In this document: in pieces, positions 38,701-41,300 of the stretch | How the letters are laid out: every line of letters begins with the position of its first letter | How positions within the stretch are numbered: the stretch's first letter is position 1 | Assembly (NCBI GenBank): GCA_000320545.1 | Contig: ADNK01000279.1 | Coordinates: 1-41,300 of the forward strand | Source of the DNA: Bigelowiella natans CCMP2755 | Taxonomy: Eukaryota > Protista > Cercozoa | Direction: 5' to 3' | DNA: 41,300 nt | Notes under the pieces: generated by a model | Databases searched by the model: none | Told to the model about the DNA's origin: nothing | Seen by the model: only the letters and a program-made list of their open reading frames with translations | Program-made: the position numbers and the translations under genes

Positions 38701-39145
38701 TGTGCCCAATGCAGCTGTGCAAAGCGCAAGCTGCGCACAGTGCTCATGTTGTGTCCATTTGTCTCTGCTGTGATGCGTGCTTCATGCATTTGAAAGCATT
38801 TGTGCATGTCTAGATTTTACACTAATTTACACTAGATGTCCTGTCTTGCTCGCTTGTGCATGATGCGATGCGATGCTGCGCTGTGCGACGCTCGCACACT
38901 CCGGCGCTGGTTCTTTTTCATCTGTTTCTAGTTGTCAGTCCTTTGGTCTTGTCATTTTGGTTCATGATGGCATTCAATTGGTTTTGCATGCCATTGACAA
39001 GCTAGCTGGATCTAGAGATCAAACTGGCATGCTGGCATGTCCGTGACTGATGACTGAAAATTGCAGCATCGATCAGCTGCGATGTCGATCTTGGGACTGA
39101 TGGAAAATTATTACGTGTATGTCTATTATGAAACACCCAATGTGC

Positions 39146-39589
39146 CTAAATCATGATCAGTAGAGAGATGAGGTTGTTCAACAAAGTGAACCATCGCCCA
39201 TTGCAAGCTCCCAGTGCGATTCCATCAAGACCCGAACCAGCTCCATTGATGCCCAAACCACCGCGATGCACGTCCATCACTGCATTGTTGTTGCGGTCGT
39301 CCACCTGAAGAGCCACTTGTGCTAGACTGTGGCAACCAGCAACAGCATGACCATCACAAACACCACAAAAAACACCCTGCCCTGTGCAGTTGCGTTGCCA
39401 TTTTTTCTTGATCAAGGCACGTGCTTCACACCCCTGTTGATTGATTGTGCGCTTCACATGAAAGGAAAAAGCGTTGGGAGCCACTGTTCCGGATGAAAGG
39501 TTGGAGTGAGGAAGAGAATGCGCAAGCCAAAACGCGCAAGGTGTGAAGTTCATTGTGCGTGTGTGCAAGATTGTTATGAACAAGCACAA
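39146..39589 (-). pseudogene. Relic coding fragment of unknown origin within a TpA-depleted block
   Basis: 147-aa ORF with 0 Tyr, 8 Cys and 7 His and a Gly-rich protein-like pattern; no recognisable family. Confidence 0.4.
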
Positions 39590-39829
39590 AGGTTGAGAGG
39601 GGAAATGCGGAAGAGAGGTTTTGCACGAAGAAAAAAAATGGCTCCTTCCGGCTTGGGTGTGTCCGGAGAAAGAACCTAGGACATTTTCGCACTGCGACCT
39701 AACCTGAACACCCGAATTCTTTAAACAAGATCTCAGTGATAGATTTGATCACCGCTGCAGGAAAACTTTCGGGTTTCATGCGATTTGAACTAGGATTTTT
39801 TTAGGATTTTCCATGTCTCTGATTGAAAT

Positions 39830-40164
39830 ATCATGCGAATTTTGGCGTTTTCCAGAAGCCTGATCACATCCCCTTTGCCGATAGCAGCCCCCCGCCGAGC
39901 TCCAATTACTACTACGCGTAGCCCCTGTGACCGGGACGCCGATTTTTCCTTCATGGCTTGACAAAACGTATATTTCATGGGATTCGCTCCTGGAGAAGGA
40001 AGGGCTGCTGACGCTACACGTTGATCTGCAGCAGAGAGAATGCTGCTGGAAAATGGGGCAGATCGGTTCGTGTTCTCCTTTTGTCGACATTCACTTTAAT
40101 GTGGTGTGTACAGTGGATCCAACGTACCATGCTATCTATTGTGTGTGTGTGTGTGGGTTAAATC

Positions 40165-40227
<63 letters not shown>

Positions 40228-41300
40228 CCTCCCTCTCTCTCTCTGCCTCCTTCCCTCGTTCACTTCTACCCTCCCTTCCATGCCCTTGCACCACTTATAT
40301 CCACTTTGGTTCTACTAGCTTATTTGTTCTGGCTGTTATCCTTCTAACTTTGTGCCCGTCGGAGCTTCGCTCAAAAAACCGAGACAAATCTCCAACAATA
40401 GCTGCCACACTCAGGGTTCTTTATCCCTCCCCCATAGCAATTCTCGATGCATATATCACAATAACCCATCCTGATTACAATACACTATCACTTAGATAAG
40501 GAGGAGAAGGAGGAAGGAAAAGGATGAGAGTAGTAGGGCCACCAAATCCCCCGATCATCTTCACTGTATGGTGTGGAACAGTCTGAGGGGGGGCGGGAAA
40601 AGGGCGAGATTTAGCAAGGATGCAGTACAGAAGTGGAGTACGAGGAAGGATATCAACTGGACCTGGGCAGGACCAAATAAAATGGGTAATCAATCATACG
40701 TAACCATGATAAATAAGACGTCGGTCATCGGAAACGAGGATTACAGATGCTACTATTTTCCTTCTGTTTGCTTGACGTTCCTGACTGATTGTTGCTGTAT
40801 GATGATGCTACGACTAGGCATGTTGGCGGAAGGCTATCGTGAGCCGATCCTTACTACCGGTCAATATTCCAGGTGTGCGCTCAAAACCTCAAACACTTTA
40901 GCTGTCGTTGTCATCATCGTCATCACCGCCATCGTCGTTGTCGTCGTTACACTTCCTGAGGAGATACACCCCCCCCTTCTCAGGCGTGTGGTGGAAATGG
41001 ACGACATGAGGTTCGGGGCAAGAAATCGCACAAAGGAATTTGATGAAGAAGAAGATGCGGAGTCGGGTGAGAGGATGATGGAAGATGAGCTCGAGGGGCG
41101 AGGGTATATGGTGACGACAGTGGCTGGAGGAAGTGCCTATCCTCTTCAGAAGGTAGTGGCGGTCTTAGACTGAAGCTCCGCCCGTCATCAAGATTTATTG
41201 TCAGTGTGCTATCGTTTCTGACATCCTTTTCCGCATGTTGTCCTAACAGATGCAGTTGAAAGTGATGCTTGAGCAAGGGGATGAAGGACTCATGAGAGGT
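39830..41300 (+). CDS. Hypothetical multi-exon gene, running off the right edge
   Basis: Exon-like segments bounded by AG/GT (…HCMVWNSLRG…WTWAGPNKMG|, MLAEGYREPILTTGQYSR|, EIHPPLLRR…YPLQK|, MQLKVMLEQGDEGLMR|) separated by microsatellite-containing introns; start uncertain; no family recognised. Confidence 0.5.
40169..40223. repeat. (CT)n microsatellite
   Basis: Direct reading. Confidence 0.95.

Noticed and set aside
38700-39690. Classical CpG decay or fungal RIP as the cause of the CA/TG richness
   Set aside because: CpG is still frequent and TpA is lost rather than gained.
1-41300. tRNA/rRNA genes and intact transposase or reverse transcriptase
   Set aside because: None recognised by eye; a covariance-model or HMM scan was not possible.

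Overview
Eukaryotic nuclear DNA: gene-dense, with many short GT-AG introns rich in microsatellites. Three genes carry signal-peptide plus transit-peptide leaders and there is a ciliary gene, which points to a flagellated alga with a secondary plastid, most plausibly a chlorarachniophyte (inferred, not proven). Splicing by eye gives 10 identifiable genes in strictly alternating orientation: a giant (>2800 aa) SH3b-SPRY-3xTudor-like-2xUbl-MABP-DENN (DENND4-like) protein (-), a PsbQ-like lumen protein (+), an NAD-dependent epimerase/DFR-like reductase (-), a DUF4460/TCAIM-like protein (+), a 14-3-3 (-), an F-box/LRR protein (+), an EF-hand protein (-), mPGES-2 (+), Era GTPase (-) and a CFAP97/KIAA1430-family protein (+). 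A partial unknown gene follows at the right edge. The most unusual signals are: (i) a ~1 kb block near 38.7-39.7 kb almost stripped of TpA, containing a Tyr-free, His/Cys-rich relic ORF, suggesting TpA->CpA/TpG hypermutation; (ii) a short dispersed element found three times ~330-390 bp downstream of + strand genes; and (iii) the giant fusion protein with a tandem Ubl ending in GG. All exon coordinates were derived by eye and need transcript confirmation.
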